From: Lepidodermella squamata
Lineage: Eukaryota > Animalia > Gastrotricha
Direction: 5' to 3'
Length of the DNA: 64,000 bases
Assembly: GCA_047495785.1 (NCBI GenBank)
Contig: JBLDXI010000085.1
Location: 1-64,000, forward strand
Shown here one piece after another: positions 11,460 through 23,600 of the stretch (positions are counted from its first letter, which is position 1; each line of letters begins with the position of its first letter). The position numbers and the translations under genes were made by a program. The notes beneath the pieces are model-generated. The model did not search any database. It was not told where the DNA came from and saw only the letters and a program-made list of their open reading frames with translations.

Positions 11460-12245
11460 CGTGATTGGGGTTTCCCAGGACCTAGAAACGAGAATGATGA
11501 GTTGGAAATGAGGGTATTCAAGGTGAAAATTACCCAGCCAAGCGGAAAGCTCCGCTAATTGTAGCAGTTACATCCACTGGCACCTGATCGCCAGGCCTGT
11601 CGCAGTACAGAAACACTGCGCCATCTTCGTTCACCGGCATGACCAGCAAATGCCAATCATAATCGCCCCGGCACATCATCGAAATCTCATCCATCTCGGA
11701 TATCCTGGAAGTATAATCTGCCGTTGGGCTCGCAAGCACCCGAAGACCAAGCGACCTTCCAACCGGAGCGTAATGAAAGAGTGGACTGCCAGCTTGCTTT
11801 GAACGCGTAGCAAGAAAAGCGACGGTGAAACTGCCGCTGGTGTGTTTGACCTTGTCATGCGACACGGCAATAGGCTGTGTGGAATTGAAGTAAAAAGCCG
11901 ATTTGACAACACCAAAAGGTACAGTAATTCTGGAAAGACCAGTTGCTGAGGTTGTAGCATCAGCTCTTGGATTGACGATGTCATTCAAATCGGAGACAAG
12001 AGGCCACGTGGCGATGCTCGGACGTAGCAAGCTGCTCGAAGCGGTTGGCGACCAAATTTGTCCAGCGTTTCCGACATCTTTTCCGACATCTTTTCCGAAG
12101 AATCCAGTGTTGTTGGATGGTCAGGGCGTGCTTGGAAATAGACAAACACGACATTAAACCAATGAAAGGCGATGAGCTTAGGAAATTGTGACCTAGCGCC
12201 ATTTCCGGGCTAGTAGCTGGAGGCGTTGCATTTTTCAAGCATAGC
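11460..12245 (-). pseudogene. Orphan 3' fragment of the Cys-module/LamG gene family
   Basis: Translation (ATPPATSPEMALG, SIATWPLVSDLNDIVNPRADA, FYFNST, FRLAG) is clearly paralogous to 20870-21715 and 29863-30627; frameshift and 12-bp duplication near 12070; no upstream exons. Confidence 0.8.
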
Positions 12246-12757
12246 AACGATCGATTGATCAATCAGCGTGCGCATTGGATTGGACTTTTAAGTGGTCACA
12301 CAATGTGGGGTTTCGCGCATTTTCTGTGTTTCCCAGAAAATTGCAAGAATTTTGTTGACCTGAAGAGGACTATGGACTCGGACTCCCAGACTCGGACTCG
12401 GACTCCCAGATTTCCGTTTCCCAGTTCCTCTACTCAGTTTTTCTTGAGGATAGTGAGTTTTAAAAATTCAGACCTCTAGCAGGCTCACATTCACCTAAAC
12501 GACAGGAGGCCTCAAGTGTCGCCGAAAAGGCTTTTCGATTTAGGTTGACGTAGTTGAAGCATCAGGAAGCTTGATTCCATAAAAATGTTCGTATATAGCT
12601 AGACAAAAAATAGCGGAAAAGAATATAACTTAACAATTCGTTGCGCGACGAATTATCATTATCAATTGATCAATTAATGAATTCTTTATTTTTCAAAAGC
12701 GCATATTACGAAATTAGCAATATTCAGCATATATCTGATTTTCGAATTCTAAGATTA

Positions 12758-12798
12758 TTAGCCTGATGATGGGTACGTGGTACCCGAAACGTCGCTGA
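12758..12798 (+). ncRNA. Minimal type I hammerhead ribozyme (Penelope-like element type)
   Basis: ttagc-CTGATGA-t-gggtac-gtg-gtaccc-GAAA-C-GTC-gctga: both conserved core boxes, 6-bp stem II, 5-bp stem I, palindromic minimal stem III, GUC cleavage triplet at 12791-12793. Confidence 0.8.
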
Positions 12799-12900
12799 AG
12801 CGCCAAACATTTTGAATATAATGAATAGAGGTGGCAAAACTGTTGTCATATAATTATATCTCCACTTATTTCTTGAAAATTCTTTTGCCAAACTTGAATA

Positions 12901-13043
12901 CCGTATTTGTTCCTATTGCAGCCCGGGCTACTAAAATTACAAACTCGAAATTTCAGGAAATAATTCTTGGCCAATCGTTTTTATTTGATGATTTCGAACC
13001 GACTTGAACCCTCAACCCTGGGCAACTATTGGAACAAATACGG
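12901..13043. mobile_element. Small pogo/Tc1-type MITE
   Basis: TIR CCGTATTTGTTCC / GGAACAAATACGG, preceded by TA; absent at the paralogous position near 7474. Confidence 0.75.
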
Positions 13044-13231
13044 AAATGAAATATGGAAGTAAGGATACACATCTTAGATGTGGCTATCCAACCAGTCAAA
13101 TCAACGTCGCGCAGTAGTACCTAGTCATGGCAAGTCCTTCAATACCCAAGTATACCTAGTTATCTGAATCGTTGATCCCCATATATGGGGGGAGCCTCGG
13201 ATTTAGTCCTCTCTCGCATCCCCGCTTTTAG

Positions 13232-14452
13232 CAAGCAAGCAATGTTTTTATTCGATCAAAACAAATTAACTAGCACCGGCCACGGGTGGGCTTTGGGCGC
13301 GTCCTGGAATATTTTCGAATCAACACAATAAATACAGACAAAATACATATTATCTATACCATATCTATACATACACGTGCATAACATATAGTTATAATAT
13401 AAGTTATAGAGATAAACATTTATTAAAAATGTGGACTGCCTAATTTAACAATCAGGTTGCCTTATGACACAGTGCTTATAAAATATTATTTTTGTTTTTT
13501 ATGATTGAAATATATATGGATAGAGTCCTTTAAGATCGATTTTGTTATATCGGTCAGCAGCTGCTTGGGTAAATAATATAAAGTTATAATACATATAGTT
13601 CTGATCATGACGTGGGAATTATTTAAATAAATTGGCGAAGACAGAAAAGAGAGGACAGGAGAATTACGCATTAATTGTTATTACTATTAGGGTAAACGTG
13701 TAATTTAAGAGCGAGTCGGTAGTTAGAAGCTATAGTTAAGATGTGTGACAGTGCGATATTGTTGACGGATTTGCAAGTTACTATGGATTCGATTATTGAA
13801 TTGACAAAATTATTAACATTATGATTGATACTATCGATCGAGGCTAGTTGTGTTAGAGGAGTGTGGTTCGGGATAAATTTACATTCAATATAGAGGTGGC
13901 ATATTAGATCTATAGTATCTTGGAAATTTCTAATAGGCGTAGCAAGCGAATCACCATGTTTAAGGCAGAAAATGCATTTTAATCCTAAGTTATTGATATA
14001 GCAAAAGGGTTTATGAAGAGAGTTTGTCCTAATCATACTGAGTATCCTAATATTTTTCACCGACCAAAAAGCATTTTGAGCATTAGAATATAGCAGCAAT
14101 TTGTCGAAATTTTCGTCTGTAAAAACAGGATTTTGGTATATAGTTTTCAAATCATTAGCTATAGATTTTTTGTTGTTTGTTATCCACACTTCGTACCACT
14201 TTCCAAGATGAGCCAAACCCTCAAATTGAGAAGTGGCGGTGAAGATGTTGGTGCCCCCAAGTTTTTCGACATCACTTAAATGTAAATGTTTGAAAATATG
14301 GCGATATAGATTTTTATTTGCGTCAATAACGTCAAAGGCAGTTTTGATAAGCACATGCTCGTTCTCAAACTTGAGTCGTAGAAAGTACCTGACGGCTGAT
14401 TTTGTGAGGACAAGTTCAGGTGGGTCGAGGTAGAATTCGCGATTTACTAGTT
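13232..14452 (-). mobile_element. 5'-truncated non-LTR retrotransposon (L1/Tx1-like ORF2 C-terminus) inserted in the last codons of the ankyrin duplicate
   Basis: TSD CATC(C/G)CCGCTTTTAG at 13217-13231 and 14453-14467 (14/15 match); minus-strand AATAAA then (TTGC)n tail; ORF 13671-14354 with CIFC...HLYIEC cysteine/histidine motif. Confidence 0.75.
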
Positions 14453-14501
14453 CATCGCCGCTTTTAGGTTTCGAAGAATTTCGTGTCGTTCTTCCCGATT
14501 C

Positions 14502-14900
14502 CTACTAGATTTACTCAGAGGCTTTCTAGCCAAATCGAGAGCGGTCTCTCGATGCTCGTTCTTCAAGTTTGCATTGGCATTGAATTGGTTCACAAGAAGA
14601 TCAACAACAGCAAGCTCTGTCGATTCGGCAGCCACTACTAGATTTACTCAGAGGCTTTCTAGCCAAATCGAGAGCGGTCTCTCGATGCTCGTTCTTCAAG
14701 TTTGCATTGGCATTGAATTGGTTCACAAGAAGATCAACAACAGCAAGCTCTGTCGATTCGGCAGCCACTACTAGATTTACTCAGAGGCTTTCTAGCCAAA
14801 TCGAGAGCGGTCTCTCGATGCTCGTTCTTCAAGTTTGCATTGGCATTGAATTGGTTCACAAGAAGATCAACAACAGCAAGCTCTGTCGATTCGGCAGCCA
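14502..14900. repeat. Exact tandem triplication, 133-bp unit
   Basis: Units start at 14502, 14635 and 14768 (CTACTAGATTTACTCAGAGG...GGCAGCCA); ORF-track starts at 14574, 14707 and 14840 show the same period. Confidence 0.95.
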
Positions 14901-15426
14901 CCATCAGTGGTGTTTCACCTCTCCTATTAGCCGCAATGACGTCGGCATTGAATGAATCCGCCAGCAGTTCCACGACTCCATCTTTGCCACTCTCAGCAGC
15001 TTTGTGCAATACTTCTCCCTCATTGTCAACCGCATAGACGTCGGCACGGAACCTGCCAATCAGCAGCTTTACCATGTGAGCTTTGCCACTTTCGGCCGCC
15101 CAGTGCAATGGCGTCCTGCCGTTTCCATCCCTAGCGTTGACATCTCCGTTGAATTTTGAGCCCAACAGAATTTTGATTACTTTAATACGGCCTTTGTCAG
15201 CCGCCAAGTGTACTGGCATCCAGCCATTGTTTCCCATCATGTTGACATCGGCGTTGAACTTGCCGACCAGCAGTCTCGCGACGTTAGCTTTGCCTCTATC
15301 AGCGGCTTTGTGCAATGGCGTCTCGCCTTCACTATCTCTCGCATTGACGTTGGCTCCAAACGTTCCAGCCAGCAGGTCAACAATTTCAGCATGGCCTTTT
15401 GATGCTGCAACGTGAAGTGCTGTTCC

Positions 15427-15674
15427 CAGTGTGCGACTTTCAGGGGGGGATGGGGGGGATCATCCCCCCCAGCTCGGCCGGGCCAGACAACAAAATGAGA
15501 ATTTATCCCACTGTTTTGTTAAATTTGAAAGGTTCTAGGGCGTGTTTTAGTGGAAAATCTCCAAAATGTACTCGCTTCGCTCGGTTAGTCGCCCAAATGA
15601 CTCGTCATTTCGGCAAATGCAGCACAAAATTTTTTTCCATCCCTGGGAGCTCGGGGATCGAAGATCGCACCCTG
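15427..15674 (+). mobile_element. hAT-like MITE inserted in the ankyrin exon
   Basis: Same family as 6874-7121; 8-bp TSD GCTGTTCC at 15419-15426 and 15675-15682. Confidence 0.9.
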
Positions 15675-18117
15675 GCTGTTCCATCGTCGTCGTTTCCCCA
15701 GTATAGGCCGTTGACATCCAGCCCCCACCCATCTTTGTTGTGCCATTCTCACTACGTCATTTTCAGTTGTCACAAAATCCTGTTTCAATTGTCATATCGG
15801 AAAATTGAAATATAAATAGTGATCTTTCTACGAAAAAAGCAACCTTGATAGCATCTCTTTGGTTTCTCGGGAGATCGAGCGCCTAAAATAAGTTCAATGA
15901 ATTGATCAAACAGGATCTAACAGCCTTTGAAAAGCTCTACCGGCATATCGAAAATCTGCTGATTTGGTAATATGGGCCGCGGTAATTCATCTCTCTCTCT
16001 CCCTCTCTCTCTCTCTCGTTTTGTATAGAATTCGTAATTTTCAATCGAGTTTACAACCATGCGCCATTCATCTTTTTCGAAAGAAACCGATTCCGCTAGT
16101 TGGATATAGCTAGACCCCTGATTATAGCGAAAAATGTGATTCTCATCTTCAATTTATTTTCAGAGATGACAGTTTGAAGATAGTCGCTGGACTGAAGCCG
16201 CGAGTGAAGAGTGACGACGACAAGGCTAAATGACTCGATGCGGCTACGACTTAGTTCCTGGAATTGCTGAAATTGAATCGAAATTTCAAGCAGAGAGACA
16301 TTATTTTGAATATTTATGTGATGTTGTATCAATTGCTTCATCGTGATAATAAGAATTGATTATTGCTTAATGTTTTTAAATAAATAAATGAAAACATTGT
16401 TGGAATATTTGCTTCCTATGAGGGTAACTGAACCAAGTGGAGGAACAGCTGGGGCAAGCCGTGATTCATGCGGGCAGTTCAAGCCGGTATTATGAACTAG
16501 ATCTACGCACGATCTAATCGCGAAAATTTAGACCTACCGCCGGTCTATCCATCAGGACCTATGCGCCGTCTAGGTAGTCGCTAGCTAGATCTACCCCAGT
16601 GTCATTTTTCGCATCCCACACGATCTATCCAGATAGACCCAATAATAGCGAATAGGGTCTAGCTAGGATCTATTTTTTTACGACTGGGTATTCCTTCACA
16701 CCTTCAAGGAAGTTGAGCTATTTTCTAGAGAAAATAGGCTGAAGAGGGGGTTTTGAGTTTTCATTTTGGTAGTTGTTTGAGCAACCAAAACAACCAAAAT
16801 GACGTCAATTTTTGTATTAACCCCGTCTCCAGATTCTTGCCGAAAATTAATAGAAAATTTTGAATCCGCATTCTCCACACCATTTAATACATGATTAAAT
16901 TTGTCAGCTTCTGTCATTAATGACCTCCTTCCCTGCTTCAGCTAATTTTTAGGCCATAAAACACAAATAATAATTTGCGCGCGAGAATATTTTTATTGAG
17001 GGTAATTAAAGTGCGCGCCGCCGCCGTAAACCAGGTCATTACCCAGAGAAGTAATACAAGCATTTATTACGGCATCGACCTTGTCTTCAGTCTCGCTTGG
17101 GATTTTTTTATTTTATTGTAAGTTGGGGGAGGGGCGATATGAAGTTCCCCTCCAAGACGGCCAGGACGGCCCTCCAAGGGGTGTTTGATGTCCTTGACTC
17201 TAAGCGGAGCTGGAAGGCCCAGCGTCTAGCTGCCAAAGCAACAAATCAATCCAAACTTTCTTGTGTCCCATATTGCTGGATGGTTCCAATGAAAATTAAT
17301 TGAAAATTGAGAATTAATTGAAGTCCCTTCAAATAATAATTATTTCTCCGAAAGTTATCGGTGAAACCTTTGCATTAAAATTCATATCAGTCGATTCATC
17401 GACAGGTGAAAAAATTGTCATCGACAAGATTGTGCAGTCATATGGGTGCGCCCTGTGAAAATGGAGCCATTACCAATTAATAGAGCGCCTCGACTTACCT
17501 TTTTGTCATGAATAACGTCACTACAGTCGCAGTATAATACTATATTATTAAAATTGATGAATGAATTTTTTTTTAAATTGCTTGGTCTGTTATTTATTTC
17601 AGTTTTCATCGCGTTGCATATTAGCAGAAAAGGTAGGAGCTACGAACTCGCGATTTTCGCCTGTAGCTAGCCCGTGAAATTCTGCACTGAAAACGATACC
17701 AGGAAGCTTCCAGACTGCCTCGAGAAAAATCACGCAAAATGCGAGATTTCGAAATTTCAAGTTTTAAGGCAGATTTTTCCCGATATTAATTGCACAAGCA
17801 AACACGCTGGAAAAAGCTCATTCGATTCCTGGCTCATTCGATTTTCTGCACATAGCGAGGGGAGAATAAGTTGCGCTCAAAATACGGGAGGCGGTAATCA
17901 ATTCACGGTAAAATCGAAATCAACCGCGCCTCCATCAGGCAATAAACTATGAGAGCTATGGCCATGGGCGATTCATCGCATTTTTCTGCAGAGGAGGGAT
18001 ACGATTAACTTTGCGCATAAATATGGATTGGTCAGTGTATGGCCAAGGCCTATTCTTCTGTTTTTCTACCGTCTCAAGTTGGTCATTGCACGGCCAATGA
18101 GTCATTATTCGTCATAG

Positions 18118-18336
18118 CAGTGTGCGACTTTCAGGGGGGGATGGGGGGGATCATCCCCCCAGCTCGGCCGGGCCAGACGACAAAATGAGAATTTATCCCC
18201 CTATTTCGTCAATTTTGAGAGGTTCTGGAGCGTGTTTTGGTGAAAAATCTGCAAAGTTTTCTCGCTTCGCTCGATTATCCGCCAAAATAACTAGTAATTT
18301 TGGCAAATACAGCAAAAAATTTTTTTCCATCCCTGG
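18118..18336 (+). mobile_element. 3'-truncated copy of the hAT-like MITE
   Basis: Starts CAGTGTGCGACTTTCAGG and matches 6874-7090; right TIR missing. Confidence 0.8.
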
Positions 18337-20679
18337 CCAAGACATCATCTTCGCACGAAAACTTGGTCATTCCATGTTTCCGATATTTTTAATTGCGCTC
18401 TGTAATTACAAAAATAATTAGCTTCAAAATCATACATGGTTAATCGTGAATTTTTGGTGATTGTCGGGCATTTCAGCTCAATTTTTCAAAATTTCAAAAT
18501 TATACATAGTTTATTCTAACGCTTAATTAATTAATTTAATTCGTGACGATTCGCAATTAATAAATATTAGGAATGAATAGATAGCAAATTAGTAAAGAAA
18601 CTGAATGCTCGATGGCTCATATGGATAATCAAAATTAATTGAAAATTATTTTAAATTGAGAAAAAATTGGGCCGATAAATAATCTCTCGCAGCGGGAAGA
18701 AAAATCTTTCACAAACTTTCCTTCAAATTATACAGATTTCCCTGAAAATTGCAGGTGCAAAGTTATTCTTCATGACCCCGAGAAGGGTGTGCCATCAAAT
18801 GGACGCGCGCTGAGAGAATGGGGCCTTTGCTATATAAAAGGGCGCCTTGATTTGCTTATTTGTAATGAAAAAGTGTAGCATCTTCTGGGCTGCAATATTA
18901 TCCGGAATTGAATAATGAAATTTTCAAAAATTGCTTGGTTTGTTTTTAAATCTCAGGTTTTACCGGGTGGCTTTTTGGCAGAAGACGGTAGGAGCTAGGA
19001 ACTTGCGGATGTCACCGTTAGAAAGCCCGTAAAATTCTGCGCTAGGAACGGTGATTTTATCATGCTAAAACGCACCCAGCTTGCACCAAGATTAATCACA
19101 GGAACTGGGAAATTTCGAAATTTTCAAGTTTTAAGGTGGACTCCGCCTGATTTTTTTGGGCGTATGTGAACGCAATAACTCCACAGCCGTGATTGCTAGC
19201 AAATCATGCTTAGTCTCATTCTCCTGGTAAATTTCTGCATATTGTATCGCAGAATGGTTTGCGCACTGAAAAAGGGAGGTGGTTAAAAATTGAGGTTAAA
19301 ATGACAAAAGTGAGAGTGCGCACATTAAAAATATGCAGATACCAAGTTTTGCCGCGCGATTGATAGTACCATAAATACGAGGGCTAAAACGACCAACCTG
19401 GTCTCAAAATGGGCAGCAGACTATGTTCTAAGCGTTGGCATCATAAAAATATCGGCGCGAGTCGGCTATACCATTGAAATGAAGTGCAAATTAGTTGACA
19501 ATTTTTATAATTTTTGACATTGTATAATTTGACAGCGTTTTGCCGCGCCTCTTATATTTCAACAACCATGAGAGCTATGATGACGTGCTTAGTCACTAAA
19601 AATTCAGCGGAACATTTGCTACATTTTACGTGTATTCACATTGGAGCGCTATCGGGGTAAGGTGTCAACAAATTTGACAGAAGACGGAAAAATGGAAATT
19701 TTTATTTTCACTAAAAATCAATCGCGCGCTAAACGCTATAGTCAAAGGAAAATTAACGAATCTCGCGGTGGTTTTAGTACCAAAAAATTGGCCGTCCTTC
19801 AGAGTGGCTAGAAATCAACTTTGAACACGACAAATTCCGCACCTGAAAGGGTGTTACCCGCGTGTCGAAAAATGCATACCTGGTTTCAGAGGGTTTAATT
19901 TTGTGAAATTTCGATGTTTGAAAATTCGTAGAAAATCAACCGTTCATCCCATAAATACCGGGTTTGGACTGTTTTATAGAAAATATTGAGACGAACGTTT
20001 TGATGTGCCCCTCCCCCCGGGGAGGGGCCCCAATACGGCTGAAAAATTAATTTCAAAGTAAAAGTTTGTGCTCACGCGTAATAAAGCCGTGACCCAGGTC
20101 ATGAGGATGCCAGCTGAAGTGGGTCAGGGCTTATGAATATTCATAAAATCTCATTTGCATATATGAATAAAAAATCGCCAATAATCAGCCGTTCGATAGA
20201 TTTGTCCAGAATAACCCCCATCTTTGTTCGGGGTTATTTGAGAAGCGCTATCCGCCGGTATTTTTCCCGTATTTTTACGATGAGCGGAAGGGGGGGGGGG
20301 GCGCCCTCTAAAAGTGGCAGGTTGCGGTGCGTTTTTCCTCACTTTAGGCCGGCGAGCGGCCGGAGGCGCGAGCCAAAGGCCTAAGCCGCGGCTGCCGCCG
20401 CAGGACCGTTACACGGTTCGCGCAATCATCCATCGAATTCTTACTTATTTATTGTGTCTGTATCAGATATTAAACAAATCGAGTATGGCCGCTTCATGGT
20501 CGATCTTCATACTCTTTAACTATTAAAGAAAAAATCACAATCAAGTCTAATCATCAAGCATAAGTGTATACATACTTTTCAGAACATACTTTTCACATAA
20601 GTTTCACAATCTATTCGACCTAATTTAATTTTAACCGCAAATTAATCATGTTTCTAAGACGTCGGTTTGAAAAGCAGCG

Positions 20680-23600
20680 TTATTGCAGAGCTGGGATCGA
20701 GCGAATGGCGCAGTTGATTTCAACGATCCGCAGTTGTTCAGCTGAAATTAATGAACCGTCATATATGTTCAGGCAAGCGATGCTACCCATCAGCGGCGTG
20801 ATTGGAGTTGCCCATGACCTTCGAACCAACAAATCAAATGAATATGGGAAAATGAATATTAAAATTAAATTACCCAGCCAAACGAAACTTCCCGCTTGCG
20901 GTAACTGGATGAGTAACTTGAGAATATCCAAATTCATATAGCTTATCGCAGTACAAAATACGCCAGCTCAAGTTGATATTAATAACAATGAAATGCCAAT
21001 TCAAAGTATCCAGGCATGTCACAGTTTGCTGAATAGAATCGGAAATCTTGACGATAAAAGACGCGGCCGTATTTGAAAGAATTGTTAGACCCTGTGATTG
21101 TCCAACTGGAGCAAACTCAATAAGAGTCTTGTTCGTTTCATTCGCGAGCATGGCAAAAAACGTGATGAAGTAGCTGCCGCTGGTCAGTTTGACTTTATCA
21201 GCTGTAACGGTTATCGGTAGCGTAGAATTGAAGTAAAAAGCCGAGTTAGCTACGCCAAATGGGCCCAGAACTTGCGGAAAAACAGTTTCTGAGGTTACAG
21301 CATCAGCTCTTGGGATGATGACGTCATTCAAATCGGACACGAGAGGCCACGTGGCAATAGCAGCGCTTGGGGGAAGCAGGCTGTTCGATACGGTTGGTGA
21401 CCAAATTAGGCCCGCGTGAATTTGCAGGCATCTTTTACGAAGGATCCACAGTTGCTGAAAGGTCAGGGCATGCTTGAAGATCGATAAACACGACATCGTC
21501 CCAGAAAAAGTGTTGGAACCTAAAAAACTTCGACCAAGTCCCATTTCGATGCTAGTAGCTGGAGGAGTAGCATTTTGCAGCGAGAGAGACTCTCCATCGC
21601 ATACTGCGGTTACTTGCTGCGCGACCTTGTCGTAGATTACGCCGATGTGGATCCAAGGTGTTGAGGAAGGAATCGAGCCGCAAGAGAATGAAGAAACAAT
21701 CAAGCCTGTTATCACAGCAAATTCATATCAGAATCAAATATTCGGGTCTGGGGCCATTCAACCAATTTTAGACTTATCCTGCCTAAACCAACCTTAAAAT
21801 AAAAATGAATCCTCAGAAATGTACCATAATACTCAGGCTTCTCTATGCGAAAGATTTGATTTGATTTAATTTAGACTGGTCTGATGATTTGATTTACGAT
21901 AGATAGATTTTTTGGGGGATTTGATTTGAAATGATTGATTTAAGGAGACCTGTGATTTACTGAAGAAATCAAATCAAAGAAGAAGCTCCTTTTCAACAAG
22001 AGGATACATGATGGAAAGCTCATTATCGATGAGAAGCCACAAGAAGAATTCGAAAGCAGACTATATCACAGCCCAACGACAAAATGAGGCCATCCTACGA
22101 ACAGCCACCCTTAGAGGAAGAGCAGAAAGCTCTAGATGAAGGATATGAAAGTTCCACTAGCCTCGCAGAAGTACAACGCGCCATAGGCGGCATAAAGATC
22201 GACTCGGCAACCGGTCGACCACGTCACTGTAAGAATTCTGAGAAGCGACAAATGCGCCGAAACGCAACCTAACCGAACGGCCGTGGTTCATGCCGACGGC
22301 CCTCCAGGACGCCCGCACCGTGCTCATCAAATGGTGTGGGCTCGGCGTCATGCGAGCGAAATATGGAGCATTCATTCAACGCTACTCGACCTGCACGAAA
22401 TTGGCAAAGCTTAACAACCCGCACTTGGCCACCTGTCGAGATTTCGACAAAGAGATGGCAGCTTGTCTCGACGCGCATAACATCACAGCCGACGAAGTCG
22501 AAATGATCGAGTCTAATCCGGGGCAACACCTACGCTCAATCCTCCGCGAACGCTCCTTCAACGAGTCACGCAAGGGTCGGGGCATCGAGCTCTGTAAACA
22601 AGTTCCTTCGTCTAACAAATGGGTGACGAGCAAGGCAGGACTATCGACTATCAACAATCGCTTTCGCCACCAAGATGCGCGCAGACGTGTGCTCGAACCG
22701 AGCGAACCCAGGACGCAGCACCGAAGGCAACCGTTGTCGCCACTGCGATAGCGAGAGCGAAACCCTTCCCCAAAACTTTGGAAACTGCGAATTTGGCAAT
22801 CTAATGAGGAACGCGCGTCACCATCGTATTGGATCAACCATCGCCGCCGCCCTTGCGAAAAAGGGTTACTATGTTCACGAGGAACTTGCTTGCATTACCG
22901 ATGACGGCCAGCCGAAGAGGGTCGACATTCTCGCGTACAACACCACCAACAAGGAGGGTTGGATCATCGACCCAACCGTTCGTTCCGAACTCGGCGCCAC
23001 CCAGCCAGCCGATGTCGACGCTGAAAAGAAGCGTCATTACGAGCCGTGCTTCTCGAACCTTCAGAAGCGATTCAATCTCGAATCAATCGAGGCATTGGGA
23101 CTAATGTTCAGTGCTCGTGGCACCATTCCTTGTCAATTTGACATCTTTCTGACAACTTTGAGCTGCCAACAATTACTGCCCACGGCATCGTGATCTCCGT
23201 GATCAAAGACTCATCGTGAACAAACACATTTACAACAGATAATGATGAAATAACTTGTTGTGTAAAATCTCATAAATTTAACTACCCAGTGTCGTGAGGC
23301 AACTAATCGGGACTACTCCAAAACAAATGACACCAAAATAAAAGCTACCATAACAGCCAAACTTTTCGATTGTTGCGCAACGAGAACAATCGGATTTTTT
23401 TGGCTGTTTCGGTCTCTTTCGTTTTGTCTTGGCTGTTTTGGAGTAGTCCCAACTAATCACGGTGGCGATTACCTGAACATTGAATTTTTTTCAATAAACT
23501 AACTAACTACGAATATTTCGATAGTTTTTAGGTAGTTCTACCGGAAAATTACCGAAAAAGTACCGCAGAACTACCGCAATTTTTTTCAAGAATCTAAACA

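Larger units (their letters stand above)
14447..15990 (-). pseudogene. Degenerate duplicate of the 3' part (linker and ankyrin exons) of the kinase-ankyrin gene
   Basis: High similarity to 7636-8755; interrupted by the hAT MITE at 15427, a 133-bp triplication and the LINE insertion; kinase exons not present upstream. Confidence 0.85.

Noticed and set aside
14502-14900. CRISPR-like array
   Set aside because: Units are fully identical with no spacers, derive from ankyrin coding sequence, and the context is eukaryotic
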